From a virus, in IMG/VR virus record IMGVR_UViG_3300037485_001282, positions 1-64,000 of that record: a DNA stretch of 64,000 nt, one strand, 5' to 3'. Under the pieces are notes generated by a model. The model saw only the letters and a list, made by a program, of their open reading frames with translations. It had not been told where the DNA came from and ran no database searches. This document shows positions 47,824 to 56,672 of the stretch, piece after piece (position 1 is the stretch's first letter; each line of letters starts with the position of its first letter). The translations under genes and the position numbers were made by a program.

Positions 47824-48840
47824 TTAAGCCTCACCAATCAATGAATAATCTTGTGTTAGATCTTTTGCCATTACCCACTCCTCTGACTCGGTTATGTGAT
47901 TAAAAGCTAACCACTTGTGATTTGGAGTAGAAACATGAAACCCGTCCTCTGTATCTATTTTTAGTAATTTCTGAACCCCATTATTATATGTATTATTAAC
48001 AGTATATTCGTTCCCCATGTACTGTATAGTATCTCCTTTTTTTACTTCAGTGATGTTTTTATATATTCCATTTGCCATCTGAACAGAATAGAAAGAAGGT
48101 AAACACCGTCTAACCCCACCAGATATGACCCCATCGCTGGCGTGCATAATAATATCATATGCTTCAATTGGCTTTAATTTTTCTCTATCTTCTTTAAGAA
48201 CGTTTTCAAATATACCTTCAATTAACTGGAGACTTTTTCTTAGCGCATCTGGGCCAGGGGCTTTGCCACCCCAACTTACAGTAGATCCCGCTGGTCTAAT
48301 TTTAGAAAAATCAAAAGAGATAGTCTTTTCGAAATATTCTGGAAATGGTTGGTCTTTGGTGAAGTAAGAAGAAACTAAAGCACCTAAAGAATCGGCCCAG
48401 CCTTCTATACTATCTTCAACAACAAATACTACCTTTTCATCTGATCGTTTAGCAATGGGGGGCAATTTATCTACGTCTTTGTGTTGAAAACTAGTTCCCG
48501 CGCCACATCCAGCTAGAAGTAAAAACAGCAACTCTTGAAAGAATCTAGGACGATCACAATACGAAGCGCAACAATTAAAAATTCTCTCCTGTTTCTTTAA
48601 AATTGGATCTCCACCGAACTGCAAGGCTCTTTGGGAGCCTAAGATTCTTTTTTTAAGCATCATATCTTTTGCAAAGTAAAAATCTTCTTTTATAGAATCT
48701 AATTTAGCTCCTAAGTGTTTCTCATGCATATCGAAGACTCTATTGATTTGCTCTTCCCAAGTTTCTCTTCGTTTCTTTTCTGGTAAATATTTGGAGTATT
48801 TTGAGATGCGGGTATATTCTGCTAGAGCCTTGATGGACAT
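47824..48840 (-). CDS. nrdJ: Ribonucleotide reductase N-terminal part (245 aa) fused to split-intein N-fragment
   Basis: RRETWEE, GSQRALQFGG, FNC, LLLAGCGAG, EDSIEGWAD, DFSKIRPAG, APGP, VISGGVRR followed by intein. Confidence 0.9.
   Translation of the reverse strand: MSIKALAEYTRISKYSKYLPEKKRRETWEEQINRVFDMHEKHLGAKLDSIKEDFYFAKDMMLKKRILGSQRALQFGGDPILKKQERIFNCCASYCDRPRFFQELLFLLLAGCGAGTSFQHKDVDKLPPIAKRSDEKVVFVVEDSIEGWADSLGALVSSYFTKDQPFPEYFEKTISFDFSKIRPAGSTVSWGGKAPGPDALRKSLQLIEGIFENVLKEDREKLKPIEAYDIIMHASDGVISGGVRRCLPSFYSVQMANGIYKNITEVKKGDTIQYMGNEYTVNNTYNNGVQKLLKIDTEDGFHVSTPNHKWLAFNHITESEEWVMAKDLTQDYSLIGEA
47827..48105 (-). mobile_element. Split intein N-fragment (IntN, 93 aa)
   Basis: Cys1 block A CLPSFYSVQMANG..KNITEVKKGD, block B STPNHKWL, WVMAKDLTQDYSL, then stop. 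Confidence 0.92.
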
Positions 48841-48941
48841 ATGTAATTACCTTTCTAAGTAAAAATGTAAGCCTATTTATCATAACTTTTTTAGATTTTT
48901 TTTAAGTTTCTTTTAAGTCCCTTTTAGGGGCTTAATTAACT

Positions 48942-48973
48942 AAAAAAGTTCCTTGAAATTTCTTCCAAGGAAC
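48942..48973 (-). terminator. Rho-independent terminator
   Basis: GTTCCTTG/CAAGGAAC stem with T-run on the minus strand. Confidence 0.6.
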
Positions 48974-49018
48974 CTAATTATACTCTGAGAAAATAAACTT
49001 CAATAGAAACTTTTTGAA

Positions 49019-49207
49019 CTATCTACGACCACCGCAACCACACCCTTTTTTTGGCGCTGTAGGTACTGTAGGAGCATTAGGAGCTTGTGTTGGCATTGGA
49101 GTAGCGGTAGGTAAATTAGTGGCTGTAATGACCTCTTTTCGTGTGCTAGGGTCTATTTTTATCTCCTCAGTTACTAATACGCCATTTCGGTATCGCTTGA
49201 TTATCAT
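49019..49207 (-). CDS. Small Pro/Thr-rich protein ending GCGCGGRR
   Basis: 62 aa; AAGGAACTCAA-ATG start. Confidence 0.7.
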   Translation of the reverse strand: MIIKRYRNGVLVTEEIKIDPSTRKEVITATNLPTATPMPTQAPNAPTVPTAPKKGCGCGGRR

Positions 49208-49223
49208 TTGAGTTCCTTTAGGA

Positions 49224-52200
49224 TCATTCCGCCGATTTTCGCCACTTCTCGTTGCCTTTTTCTTTTTCGCTTTTAGTTGCTTCGATTACTTTGGCTAACC
49301 ATATGTCGTTAGTAGGAGAAGTTTCAAAAGTATCTACTAGAGTTTGATTTTTATTCCAAACATCTATAAAGATATTTTCGCCTTTTTTAACTTGAAAGGA
49401 ATATTTTGCTAACATTTTAATAATGTTAATTTGCTCGGAGGTTAATGGTTGTCCTATAGTCATTCCATTAAGTTCCTCTGACCATCTTACATTACCAGTT
49501 CCAATACAGTATTCGATGTCACAGTCGTATCCTTGGCTTCTTGCGTAACTCATGTGAGATTGTCTGCCAATTTCAATAGCTTCACCGTCTCTACCAATAA
49601 ATCCTCTTGGAAAGTCAAAAGTATCTTCGAAGTCATCATCGTTTAATGAAAAGTTCTCAGAAACGGCTTTTCTATTAACTTTAGATGCTTGTATTACTCT
49701 TGATAACCAAATTTCGTTGGTAGGAGAAGAATTAAGACAAATAGCAGCACCATCATCATTCCACACCTCAACGATAATATTTTCGCCACGTTTTACAATC
49801 GGGGAATATTTACAGATTTTTTTAATAACCTCTATTTGGTCTCTAGTCATTGGCTGCCCAATGTCTATTGAATTTGTTATTTCTGACCAGCGGATATTAC
49901 CTGTCTTTCTAACATAATCAATAGCATCGTTATAACCTTGATCCGCAGCAAATTCATTATGAGACAAATTAGTTATGTTTATCCTATTTCCTTCTCTATC
50001 TATAAAACAATCGGGCAAATCAAAAGTTTCTGTCTCATCATCATGTACCGAGAAATCTTCATTTAGACTCTTGGTATTTAACCATATATTATCCATATCC
50101 ATAATGAACATAGATTTACCAGAATAATCTTTATTTTCCGCGACTTCTACTGAGTCGTAGCCTTTTTCTTTAATTCGCTTAACGACTTCTGGTTTGTCCA
50201 ACATATTCCAATCGATGAGATTTTCGGAGAAAATCGCCATAAGCCATTCGCCACAATCCTCAGATTTCTCATCGTTAATGACTTCCTTGTAATTTATACC
50301 ATTTTCGACTTCGATATACCTTTTACCGTTCTTTTCAACTATGGCTGGTTCGAAAATGTAAAGACAATCGTTATAAACTTTAACGCACTCAGTTGAATCC
50401 AACGTAGAGGCTGGGATCATGTCTGGGCTTAAAAATGGCTTGTAAGATCTCAAATAAAACGAATTGACGTACCGCCCATACCCTCTCGCGTCCTTCGCTG
50501 ACTCAGAAAAGAAAATACCACTAGAGGTGACTTCATACTCGTCAAATAGGACCGATCTTATTGATTTCTTTCCAATCTCAAATTTATTAAACTTTTCATT
50601 TGTGCCATGATAAAATACTCTCGGTTTCCCAGAATCATCAACTAATTTAGAACCACGGAACCAATCTTCAAAGTCGGAATTATCGTTTCTGGATACTTCT
50701 TCATTTAAATAATTAAAAGACTCCCCAAGTATCTTCTCTAAAGGAACTTTATAGATACTTTTAAATACTTCTATTAAATAGTCGATACCTTCTGAGTTAC
50801 CTTTAAGTATCTTTGAGTATCTTTTAAGTTCATTACTAGTATCTTTGAGTAGCTTTATGTTACTTTTGTATTTTATGGGATCTGAAGTTTCTTTAGTTAA
50901 TAGGATAGCGTCTTTAAGTTCTATTAGTTTATTTCTAGAACCTCTTAGTAACTCTATAGCTTCTTTTTTGACATTAGAGAAGTCAGCGGTTTCTTTAACT
51001 AGGGACTTTAGAGTCTCTGTGATTATCTGTGAAGGATCTTGAATAGAAGGATCCTTAGAAGATACTTGGTAGAGACTTTGAGTGACTGAAGTATCTGAAT
51101 TAACGTTGAGATGAAGTAGCTTTGATTTAATTTGTGCCTTTAAGTTACTAATAATATCTACGGTTTCGTTTTTCAATTTACTATTAGTTTCTTTTTCGTT
51201 CACATAATTTTCTGAATAGGCTTTAAATTCTATTACTTTTCCTTCTTTTGCTTTGGCTCTAATGATTAGACCTTCTATAGCGTCTGGGGAGAAGTTACTT
51301 TTTACGTTATTAGAATGAGTATCTAAAGCTTCTTGGATTTTCTTTTTAGATTCTGTAAGTAGCTCTACTACTCTTCGTTTTTCTGGAGTTAATTTAGAGT
51401 TTAATAGTTCCTTTAATTTAGTTATTCCATTTTCTGATTTTAGGTAAGTATCTAATTGTTTAAAGTTAAAATCAATTGAGAGTGGTTCAGCTATAGAAGC
51501 ATGAGTAGTGTCTGAAAATACTCTCCATTCTTTTGAGTCTGCGTCTTGGACATTAGTGATGAGTTTATTTAAGGTTGTTCTATTTGGCTGAGTCCAGTTT
51601 TTTCCATCCAAGACTTGTGCATTGAAAACCATGAAGCTACCTTGATTTCCTACAATTTTCCTATCGTAAGAAACTTCCTTAACTTTAATAGGAGCTTCAA
51701 TATCATCTGCATTAGGATTTACTATTAGTTCAGCTTCAAATTTAATAGGATCGTCTAGTTCCTTTGAAAGAGAATTTAAGACGGAGATTACTAGCTTATT
51801 CTCTAAAAGGAACTTAAAGGTATTTTTGAAAGTTTCATTATCTGAAAATTTAGTTTCGTAATTATCTTTAGTTACTTCACCAGAGTCTCTAGATTCCATA
51901 AAGAAGTCTTTATTTTTATTAAGACCAAATTGGCAATATAAAGCGTCGATCTTTTCAACTATATTAACTTCGGTATTGTCTGCAACTAAGTTTCCTTTAG
52001 TTATATGAGGATAGATTATTTCTAAAAGATCAATGTAGTCACTAGTGGATAATTCTGTTGGATCTCCATCTAGTTTAGGGATTCTTTTAGTTTTCTTTTC
52101 TTCATTATATATTAACGAGTTTGCTTGTTCGGTTAGATTTGATATTTCTTTATCAATAGGGATAACAGGGAAATCTTGATCTAATATTTTATTAATACCG

Positions 52201-53315
52201 ATTTTTTCCCCTATCTTCTTGAGAGCGGCTCTATATTCCTCTTCTGAAAATTGACTACCTAATTTACTTAAAGTTCTCTTCGAGTTAATTAAATATTCCC
52301 ATATTTTTTTCTTTTTATCGTCATCAAAGCTACTATTAATATACTTAAGAGTCTTAGTTAAACTATAAAGATCATCTTCGGTTGCTGTCTTTCCTAAAAG
52401 AATCTTAGCGATATTCTCAGGATACAATAGTGACAATTTGTTAATAGGTGATTCTAGTAAATCAAATGACTTAGATGTTTCTTGACCTTTAATTTTAACT
52501 ATGCCTTTTAACATCAATCCATTTATAGCAGATGATAATACTATTTTCTTATATTTACTAAAAACTGGAGTAACATCTAAGGAACTAGAAGTTACTTGTT
52601 CGCCACTTTCTAGTGACTTTAAGTTTACTTCATTTCCTTTTTTGGATAAACAGATAAACTCTTTTCCTTTAAATGTTACTCGCATTCCTTTTCTAATAGA
52701 AGTATTATTGGCGATGTCACTGTAGTTTTTTCTAAAATTTATTTGAACTTGATTCATTAACTTATCATAATCCATTGATGTTATATCTGCTACTTCCTTA
52801 ACGAAAGTTTCGGTAGATATTAGTCTGCATAATGCGTTGTGAACATCTATTAGAAAAATAGAGTTTATATCATTAACTTCATCGTCTATTGATAAAGATT
52901 TCCAATATTTTAGATATTTTTTAATATCTTCATCTACAATAAGTAAGAAGTTAATCTTTACGCCACTTATAGTTACAAAAATATCAGATGTAGTGGAAGT
53001 AACTATTTCCCCACTTTTTGCGATTTCTTCTTTTATTTTACTAAATGCTTCTTTTGGATCTAATTTATCGTCTAAATATAAATCAACATCTAAGTTTTTA
53101 ATTCCTTGGGTAATCTTTTTAGTCTCTGCTGTATTTGTATTTTCGTCTTCTAGATCCTCGACTGCTTTTTTTATGCTTTTCTTAAAAAAACGATAAGCTA
53201 ACTTAGTTGCGCCAATATCAAATAATGGTTCCTTTGATATTAGGTTCTTTTCTTTTAAGTTCTCTATTACTTTGTTAATGAAATTAAACGCAACTATTGT
53301 TTTATATTCGGACAT
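49224..53315 (-). CDS. Large polyvalent protein: ligase-like nucleotidyltransferase region, ADP-ribosyltransferase-like domain, duplicated C-terminal domain
   Basis: VEKIDA/FEAEL/IEGLII/FK motifs; DWFRGSKLVDDSGKPRVFYHGT..F..F..GIFFS..A.GY..FYL..P..GYDSV; two ~130-aa tandem repeats. Confidence 0.7.
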   Translation of the reverse strand: MSEYKTIVAFNFINKVIENLKEKNLISKEPLFDIGATKLAYRFFKKSIKKAVEDLEDENTNTAETKKITQGIKNLDVDLYLDDKLDPKEAFSKIKEEIAKSGEIVTSTTSDIFVTISGVKINFLLIVDEDIKKYLKYWKSLSIDDEVNDINSIFLIDVHNALCRLISTETFVKEVADITSMDYDKLMNQVQINFRKNYSDIANNTSIRKGMRVTFKGKEFICLSKKGNEVNLKSLESGEQVTSSSLDVTPVFSKYKKIVLSSAINGLMLKGIVKIKGQETSKSFDLLESPINKLSLLYPENIAKILLGKTATEDDLYSLTKTLKYINSSFDDDKKKKIWEYLINSKRTLSKLGSQFSEEEYRAALKKIGEKIGINKILDQDFPVIPIDKEISNLTEQANSLIYNEEKKTKRIPKLDGDPTELSTSDYIDLLEIIYPHITKGNLVADNTEVNIVEKIDALYCQFGLNKNKDFFMESRDSGEVTKDNYETKFSDNETFKNTFKFLLENKLVISVLNSLSKELDDPIKFEAELIVNPNADDIEAPIKVKEVSYDRKIVGNQGSFMVFNAQVLDGKNWTQPNRTTLNKLITNVQDADSKEWRVFSDTTHASIAEPLSIDFNFKQLDTYLKSENGITKLKELLNSKLTPEKRRVVELLTESKKKIQEALDTHSNNVKSNFSPDAIEGLIIRAKAKEGKVIEFKAYSENYVNEKETNSKLKNETVDIISNLKAQIKSKLLHLNVNSDTSVTQSLYQVSSKDPSIQDPSQIITETLKSLVKETADFSNVKKEAIELLRGSRNKLIELKDAILLTKETSDPIKYKSNIKLLKDTSNELKRYSKILKGNSEGIDYLIEVFKSIYKVPLEKILGESFNYLNEEVSRNDNSDFEDWFRGSKLVDDSGKPRVFYHGTNEKFNKFEIGKKSIRSVLFDEYEVTSSGIFFSESAKDARGYGRYVNSFYLRSYKPFLSPDMIPASTLDSTECVKVYNDCLYIFEPAIVEKNGKRYIEVENGINYKEVINDEKSEDCGEWLMAIFSENLIDWNMLDKPEVVKRIKEKGYDSVEVAENKDYSGKSMFIMDMDNIWLNTKSLNEDFSVHDDETETFDLPDCFIDREGNRINITNLSHNEFAADQGYNDAIDYVRKTGNIRWSEITNSIDIGQPMTRDQIEVIKKICKYSPIVKRGENIIVEVWNDDGAAICLNSSPTNEIWLSRVIQASKVNRKAVSENFSLNDDDFEDTFDFPRGFIGRDGEAIEIGRQSHMSYARSQGYDCDIEYCIGTGNVRWSEELNGMTIGQPLTSEQINIIKMLAKYSFQVKKGENIFIDVWNKNQTLVDTFETSPTNDIWLAKVIEATKSEKEKGNEKWRKSAE

Positions 53316-53331
53316 AGATCCCCCGCACTCT

Positions 53332-53339
53332 TATTTATC
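53332..53339 (-). promoter_or_regulatory. Late-promoter variant GATAAATA
   Basis: 16 nt upstream of the 1363-aa gene; the same variant lies upstream of the reductase. Confidence 0.45.
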
Positions 53340-53365
53340 TATTTTAGTATATTATAACGAGAAAC

Positions 53366-53397
53366 AAAAAAAGGAACGTATATTCTACGTTCCTTTT
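53366..53397 (-). terminator. Rho-independent terminator
   Basis: AAAAGGAACGTA-tattc-TACGTTCCTTTT inverted repeat. Confidence 0.75.
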
Positions 53398-53418
53398 CTG
53401 AATCTATTAAGATTGAAT

Positions 53419-54000
53419 TCACTTTTTCTTTTTGAGTTTGCCTTTACTTTCAGCTAATTCTTCTGGTTGGGCTTCTGGTTGAGTTTCGAGTTCGCCACCA
53501 CCAATATCATCTAATCCTGCGGCATCGCCAATTTCGCCTTCTCCACCATGTTCAGCTTCACCACTTTCTTCGGCAGCGATTGCTTCAATAGCAGATGAAA
53601 GTTCCTTAGCAGCAGCGGTTAAACGTTCCCATGGAGTTAATTCGGCTGGGGCACCACCAATATCGCCGCCTTCTTCACCACCGATACTACCCATATCTTC
53701 GTCACCTTCTGTTGCGCCTGCGTCATCTATACCGCCAACATCAGCGTCGATACTTTCGGGAGCGCCAGTATCTTCATTTTCCTCTTCAGCAAGATTTTCA
53801 ACGCCTGCTGGTGGTTTTGCTAATGGGGTGCGGACATTCTTGGCAGTTCCAGTTGCAGCGACCTTGCGAACTAGTTTGATATTCTCTCCATCACCAGTTC
53901 CGCGAGTAATATCGCCTTCTTTTAAAGTTGGCTCTAAAGTTTCCCAAGCCTCTTTAATAAGTCTGGTTTTGTTGTCGTCATTGAGATTATAAGCAGTCAT
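53419..54000 (-). CDS. Acidic Gly/Glu-rich protein, possible prohead core/internal protein
   Basis: 193 aa, low complexity; IKE/LKE/LAE motifs; GGAGG RBS; late promoter upstream. Confidence 0.7.
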   Translation of the reverse strand: MTAYNLNDDNKTRLIKEAWETLEPTLKEGDITRGTGDGENIKLVRKVAATGTAKNVRTPLAKPPAGVENLAEEENEDTGAPESIDADVGGIDDAGATEGDEDMGSIGGEEGGDIGGAPAELTPWERLTAAAKELSSAIEAIAAEESGEAEHGGEGEIGDAAGLDDIGGGELETQPEAQPEELAESKGKLKKKK

Positions 54001-54030
54001 GTGATCCTCCGTTTGGATTAAGATAATATT

Positions 54031-54038
54031 TATTTATA
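54031..54038 (-). promoter_or_regulatory. T4-type late promoter TATAAATA
   Basis: 30 nt upstream of the start at 54000. Confidence 0.65.
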
Positions 54039-54142
54039 TGCGAGACACTAATTTTTTTCATTAAGTCAATTTTCTAGTTCAGTAGAATAATAAAAAATCA
54101 AATAAATGATATAATCATTTAGTTATTTATAAAAGGAAATAC

Positions 54143-54877
54143 ATGCCATTAAACGTAGGAATCGGGTTGTGTTCATATAAAAGACCCGATTTAGCAAATA
54201 AGATATGCTCGGAGATTATATCTACGGTAGATAACTCCAAATACAATATACAGACCGTTTGTAGTGTGGATGATTTGAATATTTCTGGGTATGAAACAGT
54301 TAAGTCGCGGTTTAACTTAATATATGGGGAAAATAGTGGAATATCAGTTAATAAGAATAGACTTTTAAAGTTCCTAAAAGGAAACGATGTTATTTTTATA
54401 GTTGAAGATGATATTAGCTTTATTAAGCCTGGGTGGATTGACATTTATCTAAATGCTATACAAGTAACTGGAATACAACACTTTAACTATATAGTATCTG
54501 ATTATAGAAAGTTTATTACGAAAATTTTAAAATTTAATGAAGAAGTTTCCCTCGGTATAACTGGCCCATATGTCAATGGTGTTCTAATGGTTATGACGAA
54601 AAAATGTATAGATACTGTTGGTGGGTTTGATATGCGGTTTAAAAAGTATGGGTATGAGCACGCTGAATTTACTAGAAGATGTTCATTAAATAACCTTTAT
54701 CCACCACAGCATGTGCATTTGATGTCTGCTTCTGATTATATTGGGTGGGAACACTCTGATTCGGTTATAATTAGTTCCGAGAAACAAGAATTTATAGACT
54801 ATAACGCCAAAATCTTCCACACTATTGTTAATAAAAACTTTATTCCTTATGAAACGGTTGGGTACATAAATGCATGA
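54143..54877 (+). CDS. Glycosyltransferase family 2
   Basis: IGLCSYKRPD, VDD, NSGISVNKN, FIVEDD, VGGFDMRFKKYGYEH. Confidence 0.85.
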   Translation: MPLNVGIGLCSYKRPDLANKICSEIISTVDNSKYNIQTVCSVDDLNISGYETVKSRFNLIYGENSGISVNKNRLLKFLKGNDVIFIVEDDISFIKPGWIDIYLNAIQVTGIQHFNYIVSDYRKFITKILKFNEEVSLGITGPYVNGVLMVMTKKCIDTVGGFDMRFKKYGYEHAEFTRRCSLNNLYPPQHVHLMSASDYIGWEHSDSVIISSEKQEFIDYNAKIFHTIVNKNFIPYETVGYINA

Positions 54878-55646
54878 TATAAGAGATGTTACATTCAATA
54901 TTCCAGTGAAAATAGATCAGCCCGATAGATTACGAAATTTATCTATAGTGATGGGGTATTTAAATAAATATTTTAAAACCAACATAATACTATCAGAAAT
55001 GGATGAATCTAGTAAATTAAATGATTTATTTAAAGATATATCGTTTAAGCACGTATTCATGAAAACAAGTAGTCCATATTTTCATCGAACCATGATGCTT
55101 AACTATATGGCAAAGGTATCAACAACACCAATTATAGTTAATTATGACTGTGATATTTTATTAACTCCAGATCAAATAGTTGAGGCTGTGAATAAAATAA
55201 GGTTCTTTGGAGAAGAAATGGTTTTTCCATATGATGGGAATTTCTATGACGTACAGCCTCAATATATAGATCTAATTAAAAACAACTTAGCTATAGAAAC
55301 TATATCCACTAGAACAATGTGTAAAAATTTACGACCAGAAGGAGATTCTGTTGGTGGGGTTATCTTTTGGAAAAAAAGTAAATTTATGGAAATAGGTATG
55401 GAAAATGAAAATTTCATATCATGGGGGTTCGAGGATACCGAAAGATACGAAAGAGCGAAGAAACTAAATGTAAAAATATACAGAGGAAACGGTGGGTTAA
55501 TTCACTTACATCACAACTCAAGTCTTAACAGCGCCAACGCATCTCATCCGTTTTATCTTCAAAACGAAAACGAATACAAAAAAGTTAATCAAATGAGTCC
55601 AGACACATTACTAAATTACGTTAAAACATGGGCTTGGGCAAAATAA
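54870..55646 (+). CDS. Galactosyltransferase-like GT-A protein (GT2/GT7 C-domain)
   Basis: DVTFNIPV, FHRTMMLN, NYDCDI, SVGG, GMENENFISWGFEDTER, LIHLHH. Confidence 0.85.
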   Translation: MHDIRDVTFNIPVKIDQPDRLRNLSIVMGYLNKYFKTNIILSEMDESSKLNDLFKDISFKHVFMKTSSPYFHRTMMLNYMAKVSTTPIIVNYDCDILLTPDQIVEAVNKIRFFGEEMVFPYDGNFYDVQPQYIDLIKNNLAIETISTRTMCKNLRPEGDSVGGVIFWKKSKFMEIGMENENFISWGFEDTERYERAKKLNVKIYRGNGGLIHLHHNSSLNSANASHPFYLQNENEYKKVNQMSPDTLLNYVKTWAWAK

Positions 55647-56672
55647 ATGTCAATATACAAAAATATATTAAAAAGACCAATAAAAATATTAATGCATGGA
55701 ATTAGAAAGATAGTTTTACCTGGACAAAAAATAGAAGGAGGGGAAGAACTGAGAAGTTATGCTGGATTGATGAAAATAGAATCAAAAAATAATGAAGAAA
55801 GAAATAACCTAATATCGAATGCGTTTGAAAAATATTTTGGGGATCTAAAAATAGAAACACATACTAGAATAGTAACTAATGAGGAAATTATGGAAAAAGC
55901 GGATTTAACCGACGTAACATTCAATATACCTATATCTATAGAGTCAGAAGACCGAAAAAACAACCTAACTCTTATATTAGATTATATTGGGAAATATTTT
56001 AACACAAATGTAATTATTTGTGAGAGTTCCGAAAAAATGAATATTAAGGATTTTTGGAAACCAGAATGGTCTTCATTTGTTAGAATTCTCTTTGCGGAAA
56101 ATAAAACTCAATTTTTCTATAAAACAAAGCTACTAAACGAATTAGCAAAAATGTCAAAGACCGAGATAATTGTTAGCTATGATAGCGATGTTATTTTAAG
56201 CCCGAGTTTATATATACAAGCAGCAAACGCAATTAGAAACAAAGAATATGATTTCTGCTACCCATTCAATAAACCACTTAAGCATATAAAAAAGGAAACT
56301 TTCCCATTAATTAGAGACACTCTAGATGTATCGATTATCGACCCACACACGGAAATAACTCATCCAGGGGTTCCTCCAGGTGGATGCTTCTTTATGAATA
56401 GAGAAAAATTTATAATGGCTGGAATGGAAAACGAAAATATGATTTCCTGGGGACCAGAAGATCAAGAGCGTTTATACAGAGTTCGAAAGTTAGGATATAC
56501 TGTTGGGGCGTTAAATGGATCTCTTTATCATCTAGATCACCATATCACACCAAATAGTTTCTATACAAACCCGATTTATCATAAAAACGTGGATGAGTTT
56601 AATAAAATACAGAAAATGTCATTAACCGATCTAGAAGATTATATTAAAACTTTTTATTGGATCAAAAAATGA
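55647..56672 (+). CDS. Galactosyltransferase-like GT-A protein, paralogue of 54870..55646 with N-terminal extension
   Basis: DVTFNIPI, SYDSDV, PGG, GMENENMISWGPEDQER, LYHLDH. Confidence 0.85.
   Translation: MSIYKNILKRPIKILMHGIRKIVLPGQKIEGGEELRSYAGLMKIESKNNEERNNLISNAFEKYFGDLKIETHTRIVTNEEIMEKADLTDVTFNIPISIESEDRKNNLTLILDYIGKYFNTNVIICESSEKMNIKDFWKPEWSSFVRILFAENKTQFFYKTKLLNELAKMSKTEIIVSYDSDVILSPSLYIQAANAIRNKEYDFCYPFNKPLKHIKKETFPLIRDTLDVSIIDPHTEITHPGVPPGGCFFMNREKFIMAGMENENMISWGPEDQERLYRVRKLGYTVGALNGSLYHLDHHITPNSFYTNPIYHKNVDEFNKIQKMSLTDLEDYIKTFYWIKK

Noticed and set aside
46395-48105. Group I intron or simple pseudogenisation as the explanation for the broken reductase
   Set aside because: The only non-coding gap is 57 nt, too small for a ribozyme core. 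Both halves carry complementary intein motifs and the second half has its own RBS.
2903-53879. Plus-strand track ORFs antisense to long genes (e.g. 9745..10158, 36735..37202, 37199..37657, 39544..39915, 46093..46449, 49014..49211, 53631..53879)
   Set aside because: They lie opposite well-supported genes, and I saw no recognisable motifs in them.
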